Shown here: piece after piece, positions 24,654 through 36,851 of the stretch
How positions within the stretch are numbered: position 1 is the first letter of the stretch
Layout: every line of letters starts with the position of its first letter
Assembly (NCBI GenBank): GCA_030390025.1
Contig: CM059433.1
Span: 9,302,001 to 9,366,000 of the forward strand
Source of the DNA: Squalus acanthias
Lineage: Eukaryota
DNA length: 64,000 nt
Direction: 5' to 3'
The notes under the pieces: model-generated
Seen by the model: the letters and a program-made list of their open reading frames with translations, nothing else
Database searches by the model: none
What the model was told of the DNA's origin: nothing
Made by a program: the position numbers and the translations under genes

Positions 24654-26424
24654 TGTATTCACTAGAGTTTAGAAGAATGAAAAGGGGATCTCCTTGAAAC
24701 ATCTAAAATTCTGACAGGGCTAGATAGACTGGATGCAGGAAGGATGTTTCCCCTGGCTGGGGGGTCTAGAACTAGGGGTCACAGTCTCAGGATACGGGGT
24801 AGGACAGTTAGGACTGAGATGAGAAATTTCTTCACTCAGGAGGGTGGTGAACCTGTGGAATTCTCTACCACAGAAGGTCGTGGAGGCCAAGTCACTGAAT
24901 ATATTTAAGAAGGAGATAGATAGATTTCTAGACACAAAAGGCATCAAGGGGTATGGGGAGAGAGCAGGAATATGGTATTGAGATAGAGGATCAGCCATGA
25001 TCATATTGAATAGTGGAGCAGGCTCAAAGGGCCGAATGGCCTACTCCTGCTCTTATTTTTCTATGTTTCTAATGATCAGGTTAGTAAAAGGGTACATGCA
25101 CTACTAGTTACTAGCCCTAAATATCTGAGGTGGGTTTAGATTGTATCTATTGCACAATTACAGCACCTTCATGACGTTGAATGCACGTCAATGGTGGGGC
25201 AGACAGTGAAATGCTGTTTTCGCGAAGCTAACAGAGTGGCACAACTCGGACAGCTAAGTTTTGGATATTCAAATTTAACCGCGCATCTGCCCCGCGCTGA
25301 AGTTGCACCATTTACGCATAAATAATGGCGAGCGCCATTAGCCTCAGGCTTATTTTGACAGCAAATTCAGGCCCATTGTCTTTGGTCCCCGCCACAAACA
25401 CCGTTCTCTAACCACCGACCACATCCATCTCCCTGGCCACTGTTTGAGGCTGAACCAGACAGTTTGCAACCTTGGCGGCCTATTTTGACCCGGAGCCGAG
25501 CTACTGACCCCACAATCCTCTCCATCATCCATAAGGTATCCTACATTACACAGTGACTACACTTCAAAAGTACTTCATTGGCTGTAAAGCACTTTGGGAC
25601 GTCTTGAGGTCATGCAAGGCACTATATAAATGCAAGTCTTTCTATCACCAAGACCACCTAGTTCCTCCTCCGTAACATCGCCCAACGTCACCCCTGCCTC
25701 AGCAACTCTCATCCATGTCTTGGTTACCTCTAGATTCAACTATTCAAATTCTCTCCCAGTCAGCCTCCCACCTTGCACCCTCCGTAAAATTGAGCTCAAT
25801 CAAATTTCTGAGGCCCGTATCCTAACTCACACCAAGTTCCTTTCACCCATCACCCGTGTTCACTGACTTACACTGGCTTCCGGTCCTTGTTTTTAAACTC
25901 CCTCCATGGCCTTACTCCTCCCTACGTCTGTAACCTCCTCCAGCTGTACAACGCTCCGCAATCTCTGCGCTCCTTCAATTCTGGCCTCTTGTGCATCCTT
26001 GATTTTAATTGCCCCAACATTGGTGGCTGCGCCTTCAGCTGTCTTGGGCCCAAGCTCTGGAATTCCCTCCCTAAACCTCTCCGCCTCTTCAAGATGCTCC
26101 TTAAAACCTACCTCTGACCAAGCTTTTGGTCACCCGTCCTAATATCTCCTTATGTGGCTCAGTGTCAAATTTTGTTTGATAACGCTCCACTGAAGCATCT
26201 TGGGATGTTTTACTACATTAAAGGTGTGATAAATGTAAGTTGTCTCTGGCAAAACCAGATTTTTATTTCTTGCCCATACCTCAGCTCATCTGCTGCCAAA
26301 ACCCTCATCCATGGCTTGGTCAGCTCCAGACTTGACTATTCCAATGCTCCCCTGGCCAGCCAACCATTCTCCATGAACAGGAGCTCACCCAAATCTCTGC
26401 TGCCCTATCCTAACTCACACCAGC

Positions 26425-26998
26425 AGGGAGGTTATGATGGAGCTGTACAAAACGCTAGTTAGGCCACAGCTGGAATACGGTGTGCAATTCTGGTCGCCAC
26501 ACTATAGGAAGGATGTGATTGCATTGGAGAGGGTGCAGAGGAGATTCACCAGGATGTTACCTGGGCTGGAGCGCTTCAGCTATGAAGAGAGACTGGACAG
26601 GCTGGGGTTGTTTTCCTTAGAGCAGAGAAGGCTGAAGGGGGACCTGATTGAGGTGTACAGAATTATATGGGGCATAGATAGAAAGGAACTTTTCCCCTTA
26701 GTAGAGGGGTCAATAACCAGGGGGCATAGTTTCAAGATAAGGGGCAGGAGGTTTAGAGGGGATTTCAGGAAAAACTCTCACCCAGAGGGTGGTTGGAATC
26801 TGGAACTCACTGCCTGAAAGGGTGGTAGAGGCAGGAACCCTCAACATTCAAGAAGCATTTAGATGAGCACTTGAAATGCCATAGCATACAAGGCTACGGA
26901 CCAAGTGCTGGAAAATGGGATTCGAATAGACAGGGCTTGATGGCCGGCGCAAACACGGTGGGCCGAAGGGTCTCTTTCTGTGCTGTATAACTCTGACT
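26425..26998 (+). mobile_element. CR1 3' fragment inserted in L2
   Basis: [42 protein letters not shown]1 3' UTR. Confidence 0.9.
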
Positions 26999-27394
26999 AC
27001 AACCATGTCCTGCTTGCCCAAGGATCGACATTGGCGCTTGATTCCCAACACCTCAAATTGAAAATCATCCTCGTGTTTAAATCCCTTCACAGTCTCGCCC
27101 TCGCTATCTCTGCAACCACTACCAGCCCTACAATCCCCATCAAAATTCGCCATTCCGCTGACTGGCTCCTTATGCATCCCCTACTCTTCATCCCACATTT
27201 GGCAGCAGTGCTTTCAGCCACCTGGTCCCACAATCTGGAATTCCCTTCCTAAACTTCACCACCCCCTCCCCTCCTTTAAGACCTCCTTGGCAAGCTTTTG
27301 ATCAACCACTAACTATATCCTGCGTTGGCACAGCCTCAATTTTCTGATTATGCCCGTGAAGTGCTTTGGGTTTTTATTAACGCTAGATAAATGC

Positions 27395-27599
27395 AATAAA
27401 AACAGAAAATGCTGGAAATACTCAGGTCAGGCAGCATCTGTGAAGAGAGAAACAGAGTTAACGTTTCAGGTCAATGACCTGACGAAAGATCGACCTGAAA
27501 CGTTAACTTTGTTCCTGTCCACAGATGCTGCCTGACCTGCTGAGTATTTCCAGCATTTTCTGTTCAGATTTCAAGCATCCGCAGTATTTTGCTTTTGTA
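27395..27599. mobile_element. Fold-back mini-element from a Penelope-like terminus (family A) with a hammerhead core remnant
   Basis: Inverted arms around ~27480. CTGACGA at 27479-27485 and GAAACGTT at 27497-27504. TSD CTAGATAAATGC (27383-27394) / CTGGATAAATGC (27600-27611). Confidence 0.8.
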
Positions 27600-30177
27600 C
27601 TGGATAAATGCTCGCTGTTATTTAGGCTAAAGCAAACTGGAAAGTAGGGTTGTAATGTAACTGCGGAGGAAGTAAAAAAGCCATTACGAAACCTAAATAT
27701 TCACAAGGAAACTACTCAGCAAAAAAAAGTGTTAAATAGGACAAAAAGGTTATCAGACCCAGATGGTGATAGCCCAGAATATTGAAGGTTGAGGAAAACA
27801 ATTAGAGACACTGAAAATAGATTGAAAAATAGTTAAGAAATCCATTTTACATGACACTGTATTCAGTTTTAGATTATTTCTGTAAGTTAAAAAAAGGGAA
27901 GACTCAAAAAATAAAGGGCTGAAAAAATGTGTACAGAGGTTGTGCGCAGCCTGCTTTTAGGCCAGCTGATTCACTTTATCGTCCCCAATTGGAAACTCAG
28001 TCATATTCCCAGGTCTTTCTAATGCAAACATCCGCACTGTGCGCGCAACTTGGGAGCATACAGGCCTAGCACATTTTGATATGGGATGGTACCGAAAATG
28101 GGTACAGAGTCATGTGTGCAAAAGGCTATGGATTAGCACATTTTAGAAATAGTATAAAAGAAATGAGATCATAACCTCAAGGCAGGGGGGGAAGTGGGGA
28201 ATGAAGTCAGAAGGAGAAAGCCAAGCTCGGCTGGCTGTAACCGAATATTCTTCTACAACGCAACTTATGTAACCTCAGATGTTGGTCATGATTATGTGCA
28301 ACATTTAATCTTTAATAAATCTGCAAACTTTTTTGATGTGTTTGAACTCACTATTAATGTAGACGCAGGACTGCAGTCTTTTTGTATCTATACTGAAACA
28401 AAAACACATTCCTAACACCCAGTAACAAATTTTGCAGCTTTACGCTAATTATTGTGTCTTTGGTCTCAACATCTCTCCTATAAAAAGGAGACCGCATGTC
28501 CTCTACGATCTGGCACGCAACTTTACTTCCAGCTAAGAGTTAAGCAATAGCGTGACCTGGGAATCGTAACAATAGGCCCCTCTGTGTGTACTGGATTCTC
28601 TGATCTCTTACATGCTGCCACATGCATTCTCCTGCTTTTTCAGAAGGCAGACTGCGAAGTGCTCTCGTGAGGACATGGCTGATTGTCAACCAACAAATAG
28701 TTTAGTTTTATTTTACATGAAACATACGAGCAAACAGAATACAGTTTTCCAGAGAGATACAGCTATTTCCCCAGCACTTCTCATTAAAAAAATGCAACTC
28801 TACTCCCATTGTGGACTAAACTTGTTAGCTGTCCCCAAGCCATTTCTCTTCTGGCCTCTGGGCTTTATGTGACGTCAACCTTCGCTGCCACTTTCCACTG
28901 ACCTGCCTTTATTCCGGTACCTGGCCTGTTTCATCGGGCTCAGTTTTGTGTTTCTCAGACATTTCACTACATGCAGAGTTTGCTCTGATCCATTCCTGAT
29001 GCTTCCCATCCTGCTCTTGACTCTAATCCGGATGTCGCTATCCATTTGCTTCCTGTGGTCATTGACTCAGCTCTGTTTCACTCGCCCTTCAGAACTCCAT
29101 CACACTTCACTGGACTGGGTTCGACCAGCTCCATAAGCTACTGCCGCTTTTCCCAAACTTGTGTTGTCCTCACCACATTCCACTGCCTCCCCCCCCCCCC
29201 AACAGCGGTTTCTCAGATCAGTTCCCTCATCTGTACTGATATCAGTCACCCTCCCTGATCTTCACTGCTCTTGGTACTCAGGTTTTGATCGTACTGCTCC
29301 TCACTCCTGTTGATGTACGGAATCCAATGGTGCATATTATTAATACCAGAGGTCACGACACACATGCGCTAAACCTCTGCTGGATCAGTGTCAATTCTCC
29401 ACTCTGCCTCAGCCCTTAGAGTCCAGTGGACTACCTTCAGCAGCATCCCCATTGAAACTTCACCACTTGAACAGCTCCTGGATCCAGTCCAGTCTCTGAC
29501 CCTTGACATTCCAAGCTGTCTGCAAGTGGATTTCATCCACCACAGGGCCTTAAAAATATAACTTTGGACTCTTTCATACCATCTGCTCCCTGTCCTCTTT
29601 TACGACCAAGGCATGTTTCTAATCTTTGCCATCATTACAGAACCTGAATTCTCTCGGTGCCCAATCACACGTGAAATATTGTCCCCCAAGTCACTTACAA
29701 CTCTCAAATGCTAGGCCTTTGAGACCCCATTAGGCACAATATTTCAGCAGCCACCAATTTACTCAACCACTCCTTCACCTCCACTTTTGATTTCCTCGAC
29801 CGCAGAAAAACCTTTACTCTCTCCTATTCCGGTCGCGTTCTCTCCTATTCTGGTCTTTCTTCCTGGTATGGCCCCCATTTTCACTCCCAAGTCCAAGGGG
29901 TGCAGACTTAAGTCTATCGGGCTCACAATTTGTTAGCCATCCATCAGCAGATCACCAACATCATCAGGCCTCACTCGTCTGTCAGATCAATTACTCCAGG
30001 ATCACCCTGGAGAGTAAAAAGATAACCCGGCTTTCCCCCCGCCCCCCACTATTGCCTTAAAACCCCCTCCAAACACCCTCCTCTCCTTAAAACCCTCTCC
30101 CATGCACCCTCACCAACAATTGCATGCTCATGGATTTCTTGGTCACTAACCTCTGCTGATTCCCCCACTTGCGTGAC

Positions 30178-30552
30178 ATGTCAGCCTTGGCTTAGTGGTA
30201 GCACTCTTCACTTTTGGGTCAGAAGGTCATGGGTTCAAATGCAATTCCAGATGTTTCATAACACATAACCTAGGCCCAATTGGGTGCAGCTCAGGTAGAC
30301 AAAATATGCTATGAAACTATTAAAAGAGCAAGGCAGCTATCACAATGTCCTGGCTAACATTTATCCCTCAACCAACACATTATCTGGTCATTTATCTCAA
30401 TGCTGTTTGTGGACCCTTGCTTTGCACAAACTGGCTGCTGCTATACCTTACATTACAACTGTGATTACACGCAAGTACTTCATTGACTGTGAAGCAGTTT
30501 GGAACATCCGAAGGATGTGAAAGACATTATATAGATGCAAGTTCTTTTTCTT
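30178..30552 (+). mobile_element. tRNA-headed SINE with Deu-type core
   Basis: A box TGGCTTAGTGG and B box GGGTTCAAAT. Core CCTGGCTAACATTTATCCCTCAACCAAC and L2-like tail TATAGATGCAAGTTCTTT. Confidence 0.7.
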
Positions 30553-30569
30553 TCCAAAGCCAAATCTCC

Positions 30570-31702
30570 TGCCCTTGCCCTGAATAGTGTCTTTCTCTAA
30601 TTTCTCTTCCTGCCCTCTCCAAGCTCATTAAATGCTTGACACACACCTCTTACTCACTTAACATCCATTTACACTAAACCGCTGACCACCCATCTTCCAT
30701 TCCTAGCCACAATGCCAGCGACATTGTAATTGGTTCCCTCTACTCAGGTTCTGTCCTGCCTCACCTTGAAAAAAACCACCCATGATGCCTCAGTCTTTGC
30801 AAACTACCACCCGATTATCAACATCTCTTTCCTCTCCAAAGTCCTTGAACAGGTTGTTACCTTGCAAATCCCCGTTTAAATCTTTCCATTCAGGTTTTTG
30901 CCCCTGCCACAGCACCAAGCAACCTTAACCAAAGTCCCAAATGACATTCTCTGCGACTGTGGTACATTATCCATCCTTGAGCTCCCTGCAGCCTTATGAC
31001 ACGGTCAACCACACCACCCTCCTCCACTGCTTACCCTTTCCTCTGTTGACCAGCTCAGTGGGACGGCTCTTATTTGGTCCTACTCTTACCTATCTCCGAT
31101 TGTAGCCAGAGGCTACTTTTCCCAGCCCATTCCTCTAGCCCCCAAAAGATCCATCCATGGCATCCTTTAAACTTATCTACATGCTGCCCCTTCGAGACAT
31201 CATCCAAAGACAACGGGTTAGCTTGCACATGTACACCAACACCACCCAGCTCTGACTCTCCACCAGCTCCCTCACACCACTGGCAGAGTGGCCAGACTGC
31301 TTGCCCGACATCCAGTCTTGGAGGAGTCTCAATTTCCTCCAATTAAACATTGGGAAAACACAAGTCATCGTATTTGGCCTCCTCCTCAAACTCCGTAACC
31401 TTGCATCAATTCCATCCCTTCCCAATCTATTGTCTCGGTCTGAACCAGACAGTTCATAACCTCAGCATCCTATTTGACCTGAAACTATGTCTTAGTGATG
31501 GACATTGCATTTTGGGGTTGAATATGACATCAAGGTTGCGAGCAGTCTATTTCAGACAGAGGCAGTGACCAAAGAGGGAGGGGTAAGTGGAATTGATGGC
31601 AAGCATATGGAGTTTGTGACAAGGGCTAAAGTTGACAACTGCCATATCCTCAACTGGAGGAGATTGGATGTCAGACAAGCAGTACAACTGCATAGAAGCA
31701 GT

Positions 31703-31733
<31 letters not shown>

Positions 31734-32060
31734 GGGGGGGGGAGAGATAAGCTGTCAAGAGGTAGAGCTGGGCATCATCGACATACATGTGGAAGTTGAC
31801 CCCAGGACTTCAGATGACATTTCCAAGAGGCAGCATGTAGATAAGGATGAGAAGGGGAGCAAGGTTGGTTCTTTGGGTACTCTCAAGCTGATGTGTAGGG
31901 AAAGAGAAGCTATCGAGAGATGCTCTGCCAAAATTTGATAGGCAAGAGTGGAATCAGGCGAGGTAGTCCCACCAAGTTGGACAACAGAGAAGAGGCATTA
32001 GAGGAAGATGGGGGATGAAGTGTCAAAGGGTGCAGAGGGATTGCGGGTCAGAGAGTGGAC
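30570..32060. mobile_element. Two decayed L2 RT fragments in inverted orientation (+ 30570-31490, - 31495-32060)
   Basis: NYHPIINISFLSKVLE-like and MYVDDAQLY motifs on opposite strands. Confidence 0.7.
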
Positions 32061-32319
32061 TGCATCTCTGCCCGAGCTATTCTCCTGGTGCGAGGGGTGT
32101 CAATGACCAAAAACATCAGCCAGTTTGGAGGGGGGGGGGGGGGGGGGGAGGGGAGAAAGAGGAGTCATATGCAGGCAGGTGGAGCTGTGTTAGGGCATTT
32201 CAAGGTAAAACAAACATTGCAAAGTACCCGAAATAGGATACTGTACTGGCTTTGAAGTACCAGCCACTTCCACAGCCTGTTCATCTGGTGGCTCTGCCCC
32301 AGAGAGCACCGAGACATAA

Positions 32320-35300
32320 GCCGGAATTTTTACCTTTCCGACAGGCTGGCAGCAGGATCACGTGGGCAACCCGGAAGTTTAAGAGGCACATTCGGCACTG
32401 GCTTTTTAACGAAACCACTGCATTTGCATCTGACTTCTGGATTTCCCGACCAATTAACGGGAGCAGCTGTGATGAGGTCATGCATGGGTCCAATTCAACC
32501 CAAGTATTTAAAGGAGCAATGCAAAGAGGACAGTTGAAGGTTGGTTGAAGTTGGAGACACATTGGTGGGAGAGAGATTGGTTTGTTTGCTTGGAGAGAGA
32601 TTGGTTTAATTGTAGAACAAAAATGCAGTCTCAGTGTCCGAAAGTTGCCTCTCTATTTAGTGATGCCTCCCTGGAACTCCTGCTGCAAGGAGTTGGGGCC
32701 TGCAGGGAGGGGTTATTCCCTGCTGATGGGAGAAAAGGCCAGACTCAGACACCAAGAAGGCAAGGCTGGAGATAGCATCAGAAGTGAGCAGCAGGAGTGT
32801 GGTGGCAAGATTCTGGATACAGTGCAGGAGGAGATTAAATGACTTCATGAGGTCAGGAAAGGAGAGTACAATGCCACATTCAACAGCATCCTGATGTGCA
32901 AGTCACCCCAACCCCCTCACTCTGCCTTCACAGGCCAACTCCTGCACATCAGTTCTCACAGCAACCTACTCTGCAGGTGCACCCATCCCTCTGTCTACGC
33001 ACGTCCTCGCATCCCCATCTGACCATCCATCACTGACACTCAACCTCATCTTAATGCAATGTCACGCCTCTCCCTCAGTCACCCTCTACAGATGTTGCCA
33101 ATCCATCAGTTCCACTCATTCCATGACACTCACTCAAAAGTCTCTTGTTTCCCTCCTTGCAGAAGAGAGCACAGAACACCCAGGAGAGGCAGAGAACTGG
33201 AGGTAGCCCTCCAGTCATAACCACGCTGACTGCAGCAGAGGAGGAGGCACTCGAGATAACTGGAGTATCTGCACTGATGGCGGTGGGAAATGGAGAGCTC
33301 CCAGCTACCTGGTGACAGAATTAAATATCACACGGCCACATGGCATACAACAGTCAGTCACTCATGTTGACTTGATGTCGGCCAGTGAAATATGATCAAG
33401 TTCACTTAAAACATGACAGTTCTAATTCATGTCTTCACTCTCCCACAGGCCCATCAAGTGTCCCACAGCCAGTTCAGCCAGAAGAGGAAGACGACTCCTC
33501 AGAGGAGGTCGCTAACTCCGAGGGTGCACCATCACAGGACGCATGCACACCAAGCACCAGCGCAGATACACAAGTCAGTGGAACCATTAAGTCAGAAAGT
33601 CATGTTGTCACCTGGTGTCTCATCACGTGAGCAAGAGCAGATGGTGCAGACAGGGACAGTAGGGGAGAGTCCTCGTCGGAGGGCTCAGAACGCTCAAAGC
33701 TCTGCTTAGCTGGATGCTGAACCTCGGTAACAGTCGACAAAAAGGATGATTCTGGAGGAGCAACAAAAAAAAACTGATCGAGGCTCTGGCAGGATTTCCA
33801 GCCACAATGTGCTCACTTGCAGGGAGAATGGAGGAGTCCATCTCAAGCATGACTGCCATGATGTCGCAGGCTATGGCTATGTTGTGTTTGTCCATGGAAA
33901 GGGTGGCCACCTGCATGGAGCATCAAACGCGGCATTCAAACGAGTGCATGTTTACTCTCCAACAGCTTGCACACTCAATGCCACCTTAACAAGGATGAAT
34001 AGAAATCTAGACTTGGCCGTTCGTCACCCCACTGATGTACAGCAAAGTGCTCTCCAGCGCCTTGCTAGCAGGGAAGTGCGGCTGGGCCATGAGGGGACAC
34101 GGCTCAAAGCGCTTCCACTTCTCCCCTGTTGCCCCGCCCTCCGTCAGAGCCCCACATGCTGCCTTGTCTCCCGATGGCCGAGTCTGCCCCTGCACAGGTG
34201 CAGGAGGAGCAATCTTTGACGGGGACCTCATGGGTTCCAATACCCAGAGGACGTCGGCCAAAAGCATCTCAGCAGTCACACCAGGGAAGTGAGTAGCCTG
34301 CCTCTACCTCTGCTGAAACCACAGGGGTTGCATGATATAGAAGTGGTAGGAAGAGGAAGATGAAAGAATTCTAGCTGCACAGGGCTGTGTTAGGCAATGT
34401 TGCACTATTATGGTTATGTTGATACTTGGAGGCACATAATTATTTCTTTCCCATCTTGTCCATTTTTGCCTGCTGCCTGGCAAGTGGCCTTGTCACTTGT
34501 AATGAATGGTAAGACATGACTTAACTGCAAGCAATGGGTGTCTGTGAAAGGAATGGTTTGGTCATTTTAGGACTGCTTTGTGGGGTTTTTTTTGGGGGGG
34601 GGGGGGGGGCGGAGGGAAGCGTTTGCTCAGTATCTGGGTGCAATATGGATGCACTGGTGCAACCTAATTAAATTATGCCATTGTGAGGCCATCCCGGGAA
34701 GCAAAGTGCATCGCTGCTGGTGCTGTGTCCACATCAAGTTCCTCCTCCTCCGAAGAGGCTCTGCACTCTGTGCCTTGCTCCTCCAGCAGCTCCAATCCTC
34801 GCTGCTGCGCTCTGTTGTGCAGAGCGCAGCATACCACGATCATTCTGGAGACCCTGGCTAGTGCCTATTGAAGGGCTGCTCCAGATTTGTCCAGGCATCT
34901 GAAGTGCATCTGCAGCATCCAGTCTTCATTTGGTTTTGACTGTAGCGCTCTTCAGCCTCATTGCTTGGCCTCCTCAAGGGCATCATCAGCTACATCTTCA
35001 GTGGATACCCCTCGTTTCCAAGCAGCCAGCCGGTAAGTTTGGTTGGAGGCGCAAAGAGCAGAGGGAGAGTGGACTGGCGCAGGACGAATTAATCAGGGCA
35101 GCTCCCTGGGAATCTGGCACACACATGCATGACGATCTTTGTGGTTGATTACGAGCTGCACTTTGATGGAGTGGAAGCCCTTACAGTTCGTGAACACTCC
35201 TGGGTGATCTGGGGATGCCTTGATGGCCACGTGTGCAGTCGATGATGCCCTGCACCTGCAGGAAGCCAGCCAGAGCCGCAAAGCCGAGCACCCGCTCATT

Positions 35301-36330
35301 TTGACTGGCTTCATCGGTGGTGGTGTACCTTACTGCCTACCCTGGCAAACATGGCATCAGTCACCTGGGTGATGCATTTATATAGATAGAATATAGAATT
35401 TACAGCACAGAAACAGGGCATTCGGCCCAACTGGTCCATGCCAGCGTTTATTTGTGGGCAGCCAACTGCTAAATCCTGCAATATCTCCTGCAGACCTCTA
35501 GAAGGAGCCTGAAGCGAAGAAGTTGAGGGTGGTGATCACTGACAGCCACTGATAAAGCTTGCCCACCAGGTTCACTTGGCAGCAGGTCTTCTTCCAGCAG
35601 GCTACAAATGTCTGCCATGACCGGACAATAGCTTGAGCCTCCTGAGGCACTGGTGTTCAGTCATGTCCAGGAAGCTGATCCTCTGCCTATAGGTGCATCG
35701 CCTCCTGCAAGGGGCACCCTTGTGCTCATCCCTTCTCTCCTGTAGAGCGGCAGGTCGGTGAGGAGAAGGCTGCTGCTGCTGGTGTTCATCTCAGTCTTCA
35801 TCATGGGTCCAAGGTGAAACAGCATAAGCGGTACCCATGCTGATCTGATATACGACATAGGTAAAGTGGAGATCAGATGCCCAATCCTCCAGTGTACCAA
35901 GAGCAAGCTCCAAAGTTGTAGAAGTCACCTGCATACTCCTGAAAGCAAACTCTCCGAATAAGTTGTGAACAAAAGCCTTTCCCTTAGGCAAGGAAGCAGG
36001 TGTGAGGTCTCAGTATTTACGGGATTTTTTGATTGCCATTTGTTCAGTCCCTTCAATTGCCACTCTGCTCTCACCTGGCTTTCACCGATGAGTTTCAGGA
36101 AGCCTGGGAATCCAGTGGACACAGCAAAAGTTGAAACCCCAGGAAAAAAAGCCTCTTAACTAGCTGTTAATTGCTTTATATTGCTAACCGGCCCTCCCGA
36201 GGGGGTTTCTCGCTCGCAGCCGAACGCCTTCCAGTTAAATGCAGAAGTCGGCGGGTTGAAGCCAGCTTCCCAACGCACTGTCAATTTCAGCGCTTTTAAC
36301 TTCCCACCCACTCACTCTTAAAATTCCCTT
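32320..36330. mobile_element. Decayed two-gene PIF/Harbinger transposon: Myb/SANT-like ORF (+, ~32620-34370) and transposase (-, ~34600-35800)
   Basis: FSDASLELLLQGV..REGLFPADGRK Myb-like start. Minus strand gives STAHVAIKA..FTNCKGFHSIKVQLV. Imperfect termini CCGGAATTTTTA / TTAAAATTCCC. Confidence 0.75.
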
Positions 36331-36625
36331 AATCCCTTTGGTTCACAAAAAAATCTATCAATTTCAGATTTAAAATGAATTGACCTAGCATCAACTGACG
36401 TTTGCGGAAGAGTTCCAAACTCCTACCACCCATGTGTGTAGAAGTGTTTCCTAACTTCACTCCTGAAAGACCTGGTTCTAACTTTTAGGCGATGTCTCCT
36501 AGTCCTAGACTTCTTAACCAGCAGAAATGGTTTCTCTCTATCTACCACATCAGTTCACCTTGAAAGCATGGATCAAATCACCCCTTAACCTTCTAAATTC
36601 CAGGGAATACAATCCTTGTTTGTGT
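36330..36625 (-). mobile_element. CR1 3' fragment
   Basis: Reverse complement of [18 protein letters not shown]-type sequence. Confidence 0.7.
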
Positions 36626-36778
36626 TTGGATGGTTAGGCTACACCCACCCACCCCCAGCAAGATCAGGGACTGAAGAGAAGGGTAGCAAGTGAGGTAAAA
36701 TTCTCAGGCAGTGGAAATGGTAGACATGATGTTTCATAACTCCATTCCCCCAAAGAGGTAGTCTAACTGCCTTTGCCG

Positions 36779-36851
<73 letters not shown>
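36779..36851. repeat. Poly(C) homopolymer, about 73 nt
   Basis: Directly visible. Confidence 0.9.

Larger units (their letters stand above)
22342..25071 (+). mobile_element. Chimeric head + CR1 3' unit (copy 1), interrupted by two Penelope-derived inserts
   Basis: Colinear with 46443-47030 once 22446-22654 and 22763-24653 are removed. Confidence 0.8.
21890..25374. mobile_element. Non-autonomous TIR element hosting CR1 and Penelope insertions
   Basis: TIRs GGCCTAGAATTTGCTG (21890) and CAGCAAATTCAGGCC (25360-25374). A related terminus sits at 61145. Confidence 0.7.
20000..26420 (+). mobile_element. Long decayed L2 LINE ORF2 (endonuclease + RT), split at 21889/25375 by nested elements
   Basis: SGGVALI, PTHIHGHPLDL, NYCPISNLPF, LSAAFD, SGVPQGPSLGPLLF. 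The L2 phrase GGGAAGATCAAGGC..ATTGTCTTTGGTCCCCGCCAC is split across the insertion. Confidence 0.85.

Noticed and set aside
4601..27599. Hairpins as miRNA precursors, terminators or CRISPR repeats
   Set aside because: They have TSDs, multicopy homology and Penelope-terminus sequence; there is no repeat-spacer array and the DNA is eukaryotic.
30178..30250. tRNA genes (also ~17790, 39620-39680, 51950)
   Set aside because: A/B boxes are attached to SINE bodies and do not form complete cloverleaves.
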